DNA of 58,991 nucleotides, filler included, from Circinaria calcarea (Eukaryota), in NCBI GenBank assembly GCA_051942165.1. It is 10 parts of 10 records of this genome, joined end to end, with 100 filler letters (N's around TTAATTAATTAA, not from the genome) between each part and the next. Parts side by side here need not be neighbours in the genome. Positions count along the whole stretch, not along the records: positions 23,673 to 29,477 come from JAVECS010001775.1; positions 29,578 to 35,382 come from JAVECS010001776.1; positions 35,483 to 41,286 come from JAVECS010001777.1; 7 more parts are not named here. One strand, written 5' to 3'. Below the pieces are notes generated by a model that saw only the letters and a program-made list of their open reading frames with translations, was not told the DNA's origin and searched no databases. Shown piece by piece: positions 23,673 through 36,018 of this stretch. Position 1 is the stretch's first letter. Every line of letters begins with the position of its first letter. The position numbers were made by a program, and so were the translations under genes.

Positions 23673-24266
23673 CACAACAGCCCTCTTAGCTTTACAACTC
23701 CGCAAGTTCACCACCACACAGAGTACGATGGACGATACTACGTCATCCTGGGTAGATTGGCTGGCCAGACTCTAACCGAGGCATGGCCTAATATGAACGA
23801 GGCAATGAAGCAACACTACGTTTCCCGAGTTACAAATATCTGTAAAGAACTCGCAGTGTGGCAGGCCGATAGTATCAGCGGGGTCGACGGCCAGCACCTA
23901 TCGGATCAGTTTCTTACTCGGCGCGTGTTGCCTAACGACTGTTGCCCTCAAAACCTGCTGAACAATTGCAAGGAGCTCGGGATGGATTGCTCAACATTCT
24001 ACTTCTATCACTGCGACTTGGGGCCTGGGAACATAATTGTGAACCTAGCGGAAGGATCACTAGGCATTATTGATTGGGAAACGGCTGGATTTGTTCCCAA
24101 GGAATGGATAAGGACTAAATTTCGTGTTGCGGGCGGAATGGACCTACCGGGCGGCGATGAAGATTCTAGAGTGGACTGGAGAAGGCGGGTTCAGAGGCAA
24201 TTGGGAAAGGAGGGATTTCTCGAGGTTGCAGAACAATGGATGGGTTGGTGGAGCAATAGAGACTAA
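23673..24266 (+). CDS. Aminoglycoside phosphotransferase/choline kinase-like (APH) family protein, 5'-truncated
   Basis: Frame open from the contig start (HNSPLSFTTPQVHHHTEYDGRYYVILGRLAGQTL...). Brenner-type motif FYHCDLGPGNIIV and GIIDWETAGFVP. Confidence 0.85.
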   Translation, partial: HNSPLSFTTPQVHHHTEYDGRYYVILGRLAGQTLTEAWPNMNEAMKQHYVSRVTNICKELAVWQADSISGVDGQHLSDQFLTRRVLPNDCCPQNLLNNCKELGMDCSTFYFYHCDLGPGNIIVNLAEGSLGIIDWETAGFVPKEWIRTKFRVAGGMDLPGGDEDSRVDWRRRVQRQLGKEGFLEVAEQWMGWWSNRD

Positions 24267-24804
24267 TTTCTGGTTCATATCCGATATATTCCTAGCAGGT
24301 GGGCGCTGTCTAGTGAGGACCTCGCGTTGAACGTTGTGTATAGGAACAAGCATATGAGGATAAATAAGTGATATTGCAGTGAACTCTAAGAGATCTTCTA
24401 CGCCATTGAGCGCAGCTTCTCACATAATGGATGCTCAGCAACGCCTTCCTTAAGAAAGGTGCACAATAGAAGGCGGAGCGAGATAATATTTTATAGAATA
24501 TAGACTGATCTCGATATCCATCCTTTTTTTCCCGATATCTTTTATCCTCTCCTATTTCTTAGCGCTCGGGACTATCCCTCGGGACAATAATACTATCCAC
24601 ATAGCTATCGACCCGCTCTGAATCTCCAGGTTCCTGGAATATACAACGTGAAAATAATAAACGCCCGCCCCGCACCCAAGCCAGCAGCACCCTGGATACC
24701 GAAGCAGAGTCAGCTAAACCTCAGGTATGCCACGAGCTTGTAGCAGGATCGGCATAAGAAATAGCGGGCGAAAATAGAGCTCCGAAATCTTTTTCGGAAC
24801 AGCT

Positions 24805-27422
24805 TTAGACAGGCGGTAAAGATTGACCGATTAATTTTTCTTTGGCACTTTCCGTACGACACCCAGCGCAGAAGACCAAAGAAACGATGCCACGCTCCCA
24901 AGCCAAGACTGTATTCCGGTGTTGCATGCATAGATCCGGAGCAGCCAGGGTTTCGCAAACAGCCCTGACCCACGCAAAGCCGGGAGAAGCCGGAAAAGTC
25001 TGCTCACGACATTCCAAGGATTGCGAGCTACCGTTGGTGAAGCCGATACTCGGGAAGGGATCCTTCGGGCTCTTGTATATACAAGCTTCAGCTGCATACT
25101 GGTGGAAGCGGCAGACTCATATCTCACTTTGTTCTGGCATAAGACGACAGTTGCTTGATACAGCATATAAGGGCAGGCACGCCTAGAAATCCTCAAGGCT
25201 TGGCTTATTTCTGCCTTTTATCCAACCCACCAATAATGGGTTGATGTTCCCATCTCTCATCACCGTTCTCGCCTCAAACCATCTTACTTGAGATATTCCG
25301 AACTTGCGTATATGGAATTATCCTTGAGCCGGAAAATAGATAGATGTTCCTGTCCAAATTTTCCATTGGGGGTCTTTAAGTATTGGCGTAGCTGCGGTGC
25401 CTTTCCAGATCCATTATGTTTTGATCATTGACTTTCTGGGTTTTGTAATGTTAGATAAGTTATGGTTTGGCGAGTTATAAATAGACTTCTTCCGCGAGTA
25501 GCAGCTGCACCACTTACTTATATCAGAAGCCCGAACAATCCTGTATATTCCGGTCGAGAATATGTCGTGGACGCGTCGAGACTGTTGCTCTTCTCGACTT
25601 CTAATACTGCAGTTTTAGAGATGGCCCTCTCTTAGATAGTTAAGCTGCTTTAATAAATTCTTGTAGAGAATGAGTATCGCATAGTTTTAAGGACTGTCCA
25701 TCGGTCAGCTGCTGGAGGGGAGCTAGGTTGCACATACGGCGCTAAAGTACAGACTTTTTCTGATGGACGGGTGTCCGACTTCTCGGTGAAGAAGTCCGCG
25801 ACAGACGACTGCCGCAGGCATCTGGTGCGGTAATTAACTTCCATAAGGAATCCTTAACAAAACCGGATATCGTAAGTGTTTGTTTGCACCACCATCACTT
25901 CGCAATGACTCTCTTCTTCTGCAACTGGTGTGAGCTAAACACTGAGAGAGTACACGTTATCTAGGTGCATCGCAGAGGACAGCCAGATTCCAAAGAGATT
26001 TGTTTGGGCGAACCTCGCCCTGAACTTTCTGTACAAAGATAGCGTTCGAATACTAGGCTTGAAACTTTCCCTTCATCTCTTGGCTACCTCAAGACTTGGC
26101 TCATTGTTGTATTTATGCGTTATTTGGTAGTATATACTCCAAGCGCAAGAGTCTATTGATTCATCAAGGCTTGTGCTAACTCACAACTGATCATCAAAGC
26201 CTAGGTTTCCAAGAAGCTTTTATTAAGCTCAGGTGGAGGATAGCAGGGCATCCAGACGATACCCGTTCTTGTGCCTGGATAGATGGGATTCTTTTCGATC
26301 CAGAATCGAGACTTGTGAGGATCCGACACAATTATCGAAGCCGGCTGCTTTCTCGGTTCCTGTAATAATAGACAAGTACACACTGGGGTTTTTTACGTTT
26401 ACATCGGTATTAATACCAATAAGCTCTTGTGAAGTCCAATGCCCGCTTTTAGAACCGAGGACATTCTTAATTCTGCCCGGTACCATTGTTAGAAGTTGCT
26501 TAAAAACGAGATCTTTCGATTCTTTCAACTTCCTTAGAGAAATATAGGAGGACCAGGTCATCTCGATGTTGTCTTTCACGCTGAAGGCCTTCGGGACCTC
26601 ATCAGCGGGTGTTACGGCGGCCTTGGAGTATACCATTCAAGACTTGTTGACGTGCTTTTGCAGAAAGGTATTGACGGATTAGTCTTACTATGCGTATGAA
26701 GGTTCCATCCTTTTTCATTTATCGATCTGTTCCTTCACCCGGACCTCTGTATTCTTACGTACTTGACTTGACACAGCTCTCTTAAGAACCTTTATGCACT
26801 TTGCATGTGTTTTTCTCGCAGACTGTTTCCAGTTCTTCAACCAGTTGATAAAAGATTCTTGCTAAGGAGCATCACGGTTTGGCCTCGACGTGTTGCTATA
26901 TCGTATGTGGGGCTCTAATGTGCATGGACATAATGCCCTGAATAATCTCCGAACGGGCAAAGTAGTATACCCTATTAGAAGGAGGTGTTCTGGTCTGAGA
27001 GGATGTCCCATTGCAGCCATAACCGCGTGTCCCTTTTTCCGTCCAGGGCGCTCCGATTGCTTCATGGATTTCCACCGTCTTTACCGGACCTGGCCACCCT
27101 CCTTTTGCCTGGGATAACCTCAACAGATATGTCACAAGACCCCTATCTGGATCTATACTAATCCCCGCAACCGCGATTGCTCTTCGTGATCCTTCATTTA
27201 GTTGGTCTAGCGTAAGATGGATATCACGTTCTCGTTCCCACCTGACTGTAATGATTGCCTTATGTAATCAATTATTATTCGGATTTAGCTGTGGACCAAC
27301 ATTTTCAACTTTCTTATTCTGTTCCGCTTTCCAAGGAAAATATGCAACGTTGAACTAGGAGTGACGGCGGAGGCGGTAGAGGCAGAAGCAGCAGCGGAGG
27401 TAGGGGTAGAGGGCACCACCAT
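24805..27422 (-). pseudogene. Long decayed reading frame with scattered stops; contains a GIY-YIG-like segment
   Basis: Minus-strand ORF fragments 26862-27065 and 26229-26636 share a frame bridged by isolated stops. A similar stop-punctuated frame runs from ~25880 to 24805. Segment PSVYLSII...NCVGSSQVSILDRKESH resembles G[IV]Y...Y[IV]GSS...R...H. Boundaries approximate. Confidence 0.45.
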
Positions 27423-28011
27423 TGCAAAGCCTAAGGACCGCGGTCAGTATTTAACCGCGAGGATTTCCGCAAGCTTACTACGCCCATCCATGCACTTGCC
27501 ATTATGATATATATTCTCAGCACATTTCGCCAACACTGGTGAAAAATAACACCCCCCGAAATATATGCTTTTTACGGTTACTTTTATATCTAACGCAGGC
27601 ACGCGACGCCAAGATACCACGTTCTATATAAAAGGACCACTTGGCGATATATCCTCGGCGATCCTATACGTTTAGAGTTTTACTAACAACACAGAATCGT
27701 TAGTAAGGGAGCGCCGCAAGCTGTATTTCCTTAGGCGTCAACCGTCGCGAAACCCCTTGCGGGGTGACAAAAGCTGGAAAGGCTTCTGAAACAGCCACGG
27801 CCTCCCCGTTAACGAGTTGATGCCCCGGGTGATTCATATCTCACTATTTCACATATATATGTTAGCCAGAATTCCCACCAATCCAGAGGATGAACGCCTC
27901 CTTCATATGTTATATACGGCAAGAAGTGACTTGATGTATGGCAGGAATATGTTCAAAGCGGGCGTTTCTTGCTTATCCCCTTTCTAAGAGTGACGCTTTT
28001 ATTTGGAAATC

Positions 28012-29477
28012 CTATGAAGATGATGTATAGCTGCCAGAGCTATATTCCAAAGATTTTCTTGCGGCTTCAATGATGAACTGTGAACGTAATGCGCATAGAT
28101 GCCTTACTGGTATGAAAATTCTCCGTAGTTTGCCTTCTTCAAATATCAAATATATTGATATTACCTCGCGGAACATTCCCGTGTCTGATACCTGCACTTG
28201 AACTGTATTCTCCCCGCTGCAGCTTTGTCGAAAGTCACGGAAATTATATTCATCGAGTAACATAACTACCTCTGCCTTACTAGTTACCGCACCCTTTTCT
28301 TGAAATACATACATGGATGCCATAGGTCAGAAAGATATAGGTTTCATCGAGAAGCCTATAGGTGGAAGATGTCTCGCAGCAACTGCTTAATGATGTTGGA
28401 AGCACACTCCTAGGTTCCTAATTGGCTCACCGAGTCCCGGCGCAAATGTCGTCAAATACAGCGCCATATCTGTAAGACGTTATATGGTTGGCGTGTTTGA
28501 CTCCAATTATATAGCAGTTGAAGTACGTCCCACCACAATCTTGAAACCTCCCGTTAAAGTTCAACTGCCCGAGCTCTGAATTTGCGCTGATCTGGCAGAA
28601 CCTGCCATAACCATGCCTCCTATTACTACGTTTGCGATCCAGGCTCTTCGTCCTCTGTCGCTGCCCTTCACGTGCGAGCTTTGAGTACTTCCTTATATAG
28701 CATCGAACTGCCTCCGTGTAGGTAAGAGTTCGCTTCGGACCATTGAATCAATAGCTGGATGCTAGATACAGGCTTCGGCTTTTGAGCTGCGCCCCTATGC
28801 CTGCGTTGTTCCTTGAATGCTTGTTCCCTATCTCAGCGAGTGGTTCTTTTAGGACATATAAGTATTCTGCCTAGATGCATGCTCTCTGCTTCGCTCCGAT
28901 TTCATGAATGGGCTATTGTAACGGAACCAGGTACATTTGGCTCATATATAGGTAAAGATTCTAGATTTGTATAAGAAGGATAAGATGGTTCGGCTGCCTT
29001 GAAGGTATTTAACATTATCGCGGATGACGCTTTCCATGGGGACTCCATAACATGGATAAGGTTATGAGCTGTGTATCCTACAGGCTTCTCGACGGTTCTC
29101 ATATAGTACGGATAGTAATTAAGATTGCGTATGGATGCAGCAGTGATGAAAACCAAACAATGAATAAAGTCTATCAATATCCCCAAGCATCGCCAATATA
29201 CCGTTCTAATTTTCGCCGCCAAGTCAAACTTGACAGGCATCTAGCTCTAGGGTAGTAGCCAGCCCAATTCTATCAAGGCCAAGATCTGTATGGCCATTAC
29301 TCAAACTGTATCCAATGCTATCCTTTCCAATGTCGAGATTCGTAGAATGTTTTGTCGGCGCAGGAGCATGAACAGGTTGCTGGTTTTTTCTCAATAGGGT
29401 CTCTCGAGCTGCGCGGACACAGCCCCCGAAAGCAAATCTAATGAGAGAATCTCCTGTCAAGCTACCAATGGCGAAGA
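28012..29477 (-). pseudogene. Second decayed gene relic of unknown family, cut by the contig end
   Basis: Colinear minus-strand ORF fragments 29224-29460, 28902-29240 and 28012-28323 with protein-like composition, separated by stops or frameshifts. No recognisable motif. Confidence 0.3.
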
Positions 29478-29577
29478 NNNNNNNNNNNNNNNNNNNNNNN
29501 NNNNNNNNNNNNNNNNNNNNNTTAATTAATTAANNNNNNNNNNNNNNNNNNNNNNNNNNNNNNNNNNNNNNNNNNNN
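29478..29577. other. Artificial contig linker
   Basis: 44N-TTAATTAATTAA-44N. Confidence 0.99.
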
Positions 29578-31241
29578 CAACCATGCTGCGGAAGAAAAGC
29601 TTGAAGTCCTCAATTCTCAACTACATACTATCATGACTCGGAGCACTGGAGCAGCAGCCTCGAGATACTTGCCACCTCCAGAGGCATCCGGTCAAGGCTT
29701 AGAGGATCAGTTGGAGTACCTTGAAGGGGGATTGGGCGCTGTCAGTCGACGTGTTCAGCAACTCGGAGAGTCTGCCGAAAGCTCGGCATCTAGGCTTGCC
29801 ACTCACGAAAGCAGAGCTGAGCACTACGACTCAGTAATCGGAGCGTTATGGAAAATTCTGACAATTGCAGAGCAAGATGGTATTTTGGAACATGAGGATC
29901 GCGACCAAGTTACGCCAGCGTCTGATACTGACTTCTCACTGCAAATATTCTCGGCCAAGATACAGGCGCTTCTTACACAGGCAGCGGATCTGCAACGGCA
30001 AAAAAATATCCTTTCTCAACAGGTCCAATATCAACGAGAACTCAATAACACCGTGGATGCCCAAAAGGAGAGCCAAGTCAGACATAGCGTGACAGAGCTT
30101 GATCATACCAAAAAGCAGCTTGAATTTCTCGAAAAAGAATCCAAAGCTCACCGAGATGAGCTGGTTCTCGTTTCAGCTGAGCTGGCGACCGCGAGACAGG
30201 CGATTGCCTTGAGAGATGAGCAGAAAGGGATGGAGGAGAGCAAAGCACTCAATGCTGAGAGAACGGCTAGAAAAGAAGCCGTAGATAGCATGTTCACAGA
30301 GCTCGCGGAAAAACAAGGGTTGATATCCCGACTTGAATCAGAGCTTCGAAGTGTACATGACAAGACGAGCGAGGCCAATCTGCAAGAAAGACTGACCTTG
30401 GCAGAGCAAAGAGTTCTACGACTAACGGCACAATTGGAAGAGACGATGGAGAATTCGACAGTGATGGAAGTCAGTGCGCTTACATTGAGGTCTGATCTGG
30501 AAGGAAAATCGCAAGCAGCAACGAAGACCTGGAACCAGATAAATGAGCAGAATGCAGAAATCGCTCGTCTACAAACCGAACTTACGTTTGCCAAGGCTGA
30601 GTTGGATACTGCGTATGGAACAAGAGCCCAGAGAGCTGCAGACACGGCTGCAGATCCGATCTTGCAGAGGGAAGTTGACGTGCTCACTGAGCGAAATCTC
30701 TCCTTAATGGAACAACTCGCAGCTTTGAGGGCAGCACAAGCTTATACAGGGGAGGGCAGTGTAGAGCTTAAGGCGCACGTCGAGATCTTGGAACGTGAAC
30801 TTGGTGAGACAATCGCTGACTATGAAGCGATGACAAAAGCAAGCGTTGAATATGAAAAGGAGAGAGAGCAGCTGGAGAACATCATTGACGCATTGCGGGA
30901 TCGCATCGAGAGTCTCGAAGGCGATCTGACCGATGAGAGAGTCCAGATGCTAGGTCTAAGAAGCCCAGGACATCCTAGCTCAAGAGAGCCCAATACGGGA
31001 GGGAACACAAGCACGATGGTGTTGAAGAACGAGTTCAAGAAAATGATGCGCGAGACAAGAGCCGAGTATGCGAAGGCCATGAGAGTAAGACTTATGTGTT
31101 GCTGCGTCAATGCAAATCAGAGCTGACAGTAACGTATAGGCTGAACAAGAAGAGCGCCGCAGACTCGAAGCAGTTCTACGAGCAGTCAGAAAGGGGCATA
31201 CGAGCGGAAGGTCAACATTGCAGAGTAGCGTTTCGAGTTGA
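29578..31241 (+). CDS. Long coiled-coil protein, probably Uds1 (up-regulated during septation)/'involucrin-repeat' family; 5'-truncated; intron 31085-31139
   Basis: Heptad-rich ORF with LQTELTFAKAELDTAYGTRAQRAA and STMVLKNEFKKMMRETRAE, spliced to AEQEERRRLEAVLRAVRK...TGA 31239-31241. Confidence 0.75.
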
Positions 31242-32028
31242 CATTGAAAGCTTCAAACACACATGATGTCGTGTCGCAGACACGCGAACTGGTGCGCCTG
31301 TACGCTGAGCATTTTTTCCGAGCTGAGGAATATTTGGATGTGTTGAGAGGATATATTTTACTATAAGCTGGTTGTTTTCCAACTGTAATGGTGGTCTGGC
31401 TGCCGCAATTCTATCGGGTTATGTGTTCAGTAGCTGCTCTACGCTAACCAGTGGATTCGTTGGACCGAGAGACCTAGGGAAGGCTGTACCTAGCAAGTAA
31501 AGCCTGTAACGAACTTTCAAAAAGGGTCCTGAGGGTAGGGTGATTCCATTTCAAGATCTCTTTTGGTCCTGAGGTCGATTCACCTATCTTTCGTTACACG
31601 TTTGCCTTTTTGCGTATCGCCCACTTTCGCTGATTCAGACTACCAACGTACGGACGACCAGACGAAAACAGTTGAGAGCTTCTGGTCTCACTTTTGATTT
31701 TATGATGTAAAGAGACCTACGTACTTATCGAGATTCTGCTGTACTATATCCGCGGTTGCTTTACGGCTGGTTTTTCGTCTCTCAGGAGACTATATTGGGC
31801 GGTGACCGCTTAGACCCAGAACCTAGACAAACCACAATCACCAAGAACAGAAGGTACGGCTGAGTTATATGAAAACTCGCGAACTTGGACCCCAGCTCGA
31901 CTCTCGACATGCATGCTCCTATCCAGCTTGATCCCTTTCTCAGTAATAACGTCAAAGAACGAGTTACCCATTTCTCTAGAGGACTGATTGTTTATACGCC
32001 TTAAGACAGCAGTATTGCCAGTACAACT

Positions 32029-33378
32029 ATGTCTCAAAGGCTTTCATCGATAGCACAGCATGTTCGCTCACCGCTCAGCGAGAACACCAACGACGTGCGA
32101 GTGAACACTCCGGCAACAGGCCTCGATCCCACCACCACAATCCAGTCTAAGACATTACGCCACCAAACTTCTCGAAGGAAATTCCATCCAAACGCAGATT
32201 CATCAGAAGCTTCTCCCAGCGAACATAGCTCTCTATTCGAGGCTTTACCCTGCCCTTCCCCGTCGGACTCAATAATTATACCAGCAACTTTGACAAGCTC
32301 CCCTACCGGTGTATTCGTCACGGGAGGTAGATCCTGGTCGGGCAACGACACGCATTACGACGCACCTCGGTCCTCTACCATACCTAATAGTCTTACTATA
32401 CGAACAGTTCACCATCCAACTCCTCTGGAGCCAATTACCGAGCAGAAAAGCATTGCTACGCTTCGGCCGCGTGGCAGCTTACATGTTAGACAAAGAAGAT
32501 CCGTCGTATCAATTTTATCCAAACCTGCGTCAGTGCAAAGCATTAAGGCTGCTGTCAGGGCTCGCCGCAAGCAATCTTTCAGCCTTGACGATCTGCCATT
32601 TTTCCGTCGCTCATCGCGCTTCTTCAAAAGCTCTTCTGGCGATAGCGCATTTCTCAGCGTCGGTGGGGAACCTACACTTCCTAATCAGCCATGCCAACCA
32701 CCACCTTTGCGTATCCCTACACCTCCAGGCCTTCCTAAGTTCAACACGCCTGCCGCATCCAACTACCGATTGCTAGCACCTCCCCTACGCTTTCGAGATT
32801 TGTTCCGTCTGAATGAGACTCGGGAAAAGAGAGAATGGATAGCGCAGACCGCCTCACTGCCCAGGGGGGTGATCATGAGAGGTGACAACGGCGTACTTGT
32901 TCGGGGCAGATTCCGGGCTGGGCAGAGCGGGCATACAGGTGGCTTTGGGAGGGCAGGAGAGGGTAACCGGGGGACTATTCCGATGCTTAGAGTCCCTAGT
33001 CCGGCCCGTGCCGGTGTTAGACTTGTCCCGCCTACCGAAGGTGCTGAAGGAATGGGAGGTGACAGGATCAACGAGCAAGTTTTGCACGACGTTGATCTCC
33101 CCTTATCGATGCAAGGGCCAACTACAGTCGGCACTCCGCTGGTCGAGGGCAGTGAAGCTGACGCTGAACCACGCCCGACGGTTGAAGCGACTCGAGCCGG
33201 CGTACTGACTCGCGAAGAGAAGGAGAGCAGATGGGCTAGGGTAGGTGAAGCGCTGTGCTCTATCTGTTGCGGAGCCGAAAAGTCCGAGGACGGGACTTTA
33301 CACCCTCAAATGGTACGCAGCCTGACGGACAGACGCTCTCCCGCATATGCGCGGCCGCTCTTTGCAGGCAATCCATGA
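32029..33378 (+). CDS. Hypothetical Ser/Pro/Arg-rich protein, 449 aa
   Basis: Uninterrupted 1350-nt ORF with ATG. Mostly disordered composition; PPLRIPTPPGLPKF block and a C-terminal LCSICCG. Confidence 0.65.
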   Translation: MSQRLSSIAQHVRSPLSENTNDVRVNTPATGLDPTTTIQSKTLRHQTSRRKFHPNADSSEASPSEHSSLFEALPCPSPSDSIIIPATLTSSPTGVFVTGGRSWSGNDTHYDAPRSSTIPNSLTIRTVHHPTPLEPITEQKSIATLRPRGSLHVRQRRSVVSILSKPASVQSIKAAVRARRKQSFSLDDLPFFRRSSRFFKSSSGDSAFLSVGGEPTLPNQPCQPPPLRIPTPPGLPKFNTPAASNYRLLAPPLRFRDLFRLNETREKREWIAQTASLPRGVIMRGDNGVLVRGRFRAGQSGHTGGFGRAGEGNRGTIPMLRVPSPARAGVRLVPPTEGAEGMGGDRINEQVLHDVDLPLSMQGPTTVGTPLVEGSEADAEPRPTVEATRAGVLTREEKESRWARVGEALCSICCGAEKSEDGTLHPQMVRSLTDRRSPAYARPLFAGNP

Positions 33379-34072
33379 TGCATATCGCTATATAGCTCTC
33401 CTTCCATTGCATGCATCATATTGGATAAAAGAATAGGCATGTTTGGGTCTCGGAACTGATGTATTCTTCTCCTCTATGGCCGCATGCGCATTAAGATGAC
33501 TTTATGCGTTCAGTATATCAGGCTTAGAATAAGTAGCAAACGACAAATCTCTACCTGTTCATAATGACCGGAAACTCCCCTGCAACTACTGCATACTTCA
33601 TCCACCTGACGACGTTGTATGATATAGTAGCAATTTTCTCCCTCCGTAGCCTCCGGCAAATATGAGATGGACCCTTGCATCCTCCGGAATAGGCGAGGTG
33701 ACTAGCGGCGGAAAGGTAAGCCCAATCAGATGCAGGCGTGCCCCATTGAGCCTTGAAAATCAATTCGGAATTTAAAAATGGGTGGGGCTAGAAGAGTAAG
33801 AAGGTAAGGTAATACGAGTCAACCCTCGACAGCATCGTCTTGCTTCTTCTGCCACCTGTCCTCTTTTACCATCTCTTACTTACCCTTCAAGACCTTTGTC
33901 CTCTCAAGTCAATTCAACCCTCCACCACTCTTACTCACCCAGTCACTCGTTTTAGCTCCTTCTCCTCGCAAGTCATTGCCCTCGCGTTAGAGGTCAACTG
34001 CGCGAGATTGCAGTTGAGTGGAGTGGCAACATTAGGAGGATATAGTCCCGTCAGCTTCGATTCCTTTGGAAG

Positions 34073-35382
34073 ATGAAAGGTACGTGGAATCTATAGCATA
34101 GCACTGTTTACTCAGCTGATTGGAGCTCACAGCACTCATCCTCGTGGGCGGCTTCGGCACCCGACTACGGCCCTTGGTACGAGCCCTCTTCTCTGGATTT
34201 ATTGGGCCAAGAGCTGGCTCGAATGAGAGAGAGAGAGAAAGAGGATACTGAGATCAGGCTCCCTAACTGCAACCAGACTCTCACCCTCCCTAAACCTCTT
34301 GTCGAATTCGCCAATCGCCCCATGATCCTCCACCAGGTCGAGAGCTTAGCAGCGGCAGGCGTCACAGATATCGTACTTGCCGTCAACTACCGTCCAGATA
34401 TTATGGTAGCAGCTCTGAAAAAGGTAAGCCAACTGTGGCTCCCACCACCACGGCCCTCTCCGGCATGAAATCGCTACATTGAGCTGAATAAGCAATACTG
34501 TAGTACGAGGAAGAATACAACGTCAAAATTGAATTCTCGGTCGAGTCCGAACCCCTCGGCACGGCCGGTCCCCTCAAGCTGGCCGAAAAGATCCTCGGCA
34601 AAGACGACACCCCCTTCTTCGTCCTCAACTCCGACGTCATCTGCGACTACCCCTTCACCCAGCTCGCCGACTTCCACCGCGCCCACGGCCAGGAAGGCAC
34701 CATTGTCGTCACCAAGGTCGAGGAACCGTCCAAGTACGGCGTCGTGGTGCACAAGCCGGGGCACACCTCGCGCATCGACCGCTTCGTCGAGAAGCCCGTC
34801 GAGTTTGTGGGGAACCGCATCAACGCGGGCATCTACATCCTCAACCCGAGCGTGCTGACGCGGATCGAGCTACGGCCGACGTCCATCGAGCAGGAAACCT
34901 TCCCGGCCATCTGCCAGGATGGCCAGCTGCACTCGTTTGACCTCGACGGCTTCTGGATGGACGTCGGCCAGCCCAAGGATTTCCTCTCGGGCACCTGCCT
35001 CTACCTCTCCTCGCTCGCGAAAAAGAACTCCAAGAAGCTGACGCCACTCTCAGCTCCCTTTGTCTACGGCGGCAATGTCCTCGTCGACCCGTCCGCCCGG
35101 GTCGGCAAGAACTGCCGCATCGGTCCCAACGTCACCATCGGACCCAATGTGGTGATCGGGGACGGGGTGCGGTTGCAACGATGCGTGCTGCTGGCGGGCA
35201 GTAAGGTCAAAGATCACGCGTGGGTCAAGAGCACGATTGTCGGCTGGAACAGCACGATTGGCAAGTGGGCGCGGTTGGAGAACGTCAGCGTGCTGGGGGA
35301 TGACGTGACGATTGGGGATGAGATTTATGTCAACGGCGGCAGCATCCTACCGCATAAGAGCATCAAGCAGAATGTGGATGGT
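34073..35382 (+). CDS. MPG1: Mannose-1-phosphate guanylyltransferase (GDP-mannose pyrophosphorylase), multi-exon, last exon missing
   Basis: Spliced [37 protein letters not shown]...EPLGTAGP...FVLNSDVIC...FVEKP...[12 protein letters not shown], followed by hexapeptide repeats ([17 protein letters not shown]). PSA1/VIG9 ortholog. Confidence 0.97.
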
Positions 35383-35482
35383 NNNNNNNNNNNNNNNNNN
35401 NNNNNNNNNNNNNNNNNNNNNNNNNNTTAATTAATTAANNNNNNNNNNNNNNNNNNNNNNNNNNNNNNNNNNNNNNNNNNNN
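35383..35482. other. Artificial contig linker
   Basis: 44N-TTAATTAATTAA-44N. Confidence 0.99.
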
Positions 35483-36018
35483 TCATAAACTCACTCAATG
35501 GCTCGCCTACTCCCTCATGACTCCCATGTCCAAGCTCCTTCACATTCACTTTGCGGGTGCCGATCTCTTGACGGGTTTACCAGAATACAGAAATGGTGGC
35601 CTTTTCATCGATACCGGCCTACTTACATTGAAGGATGAAGACATGACCAGAGGCCTGGAAGCATATAAACGAAACTCTCGAGTAGAGGGACAACCGAGTA
35701 TGGAGGTCGTCCCACTCTTTACTACCGACGATGATGTGATTGTGGAATGGAGGGCTGTGACTGTTGGATTTTTGGACGAGTTGCTTGGAGAAGTCAATGC
35801 GATTTTGGGATTGTACAGGAGTAATGGATTGACTTTGGCACAGATGTTGGAAGCAGGGACGTGGAAGGTAGGTTTTCCTTGCCTCTTTACCATACAAAGT
35901 CCTAGTGGCTAATACGGTGCTCTAAACAAAACAGGGCGGAAGGGAGCTCGCTCAAGTCTCGCGTCCGAACACGCAAGGTCCTCCTATCATGATTCTATCC
36001 GACGGGACCGTTTTTTAG
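35483..36018 (+). CDS. URC4: Uracil catabolism protein 4 / Urg3 (DUF1688) family, 3' part
   Basis: HKLTQWLAYSL...LTGLPEYRNGGLFID...IVEWRAVTV...LAQMLEAGTWK spliced to GGRELA..RP...PPIMILSDGTVF* (TAG 36016-36018). Confidence 0.9.

Noticed and set aside
570..24266. An 'immunity island' of kinase-ANK, HeLo-pseudokinase, ZZ-HET, second kinase-ANK and APH genes
   Set aside because: They lie on four different contigs joined by artificial linkers; only the contig-1 pair is physically linked.
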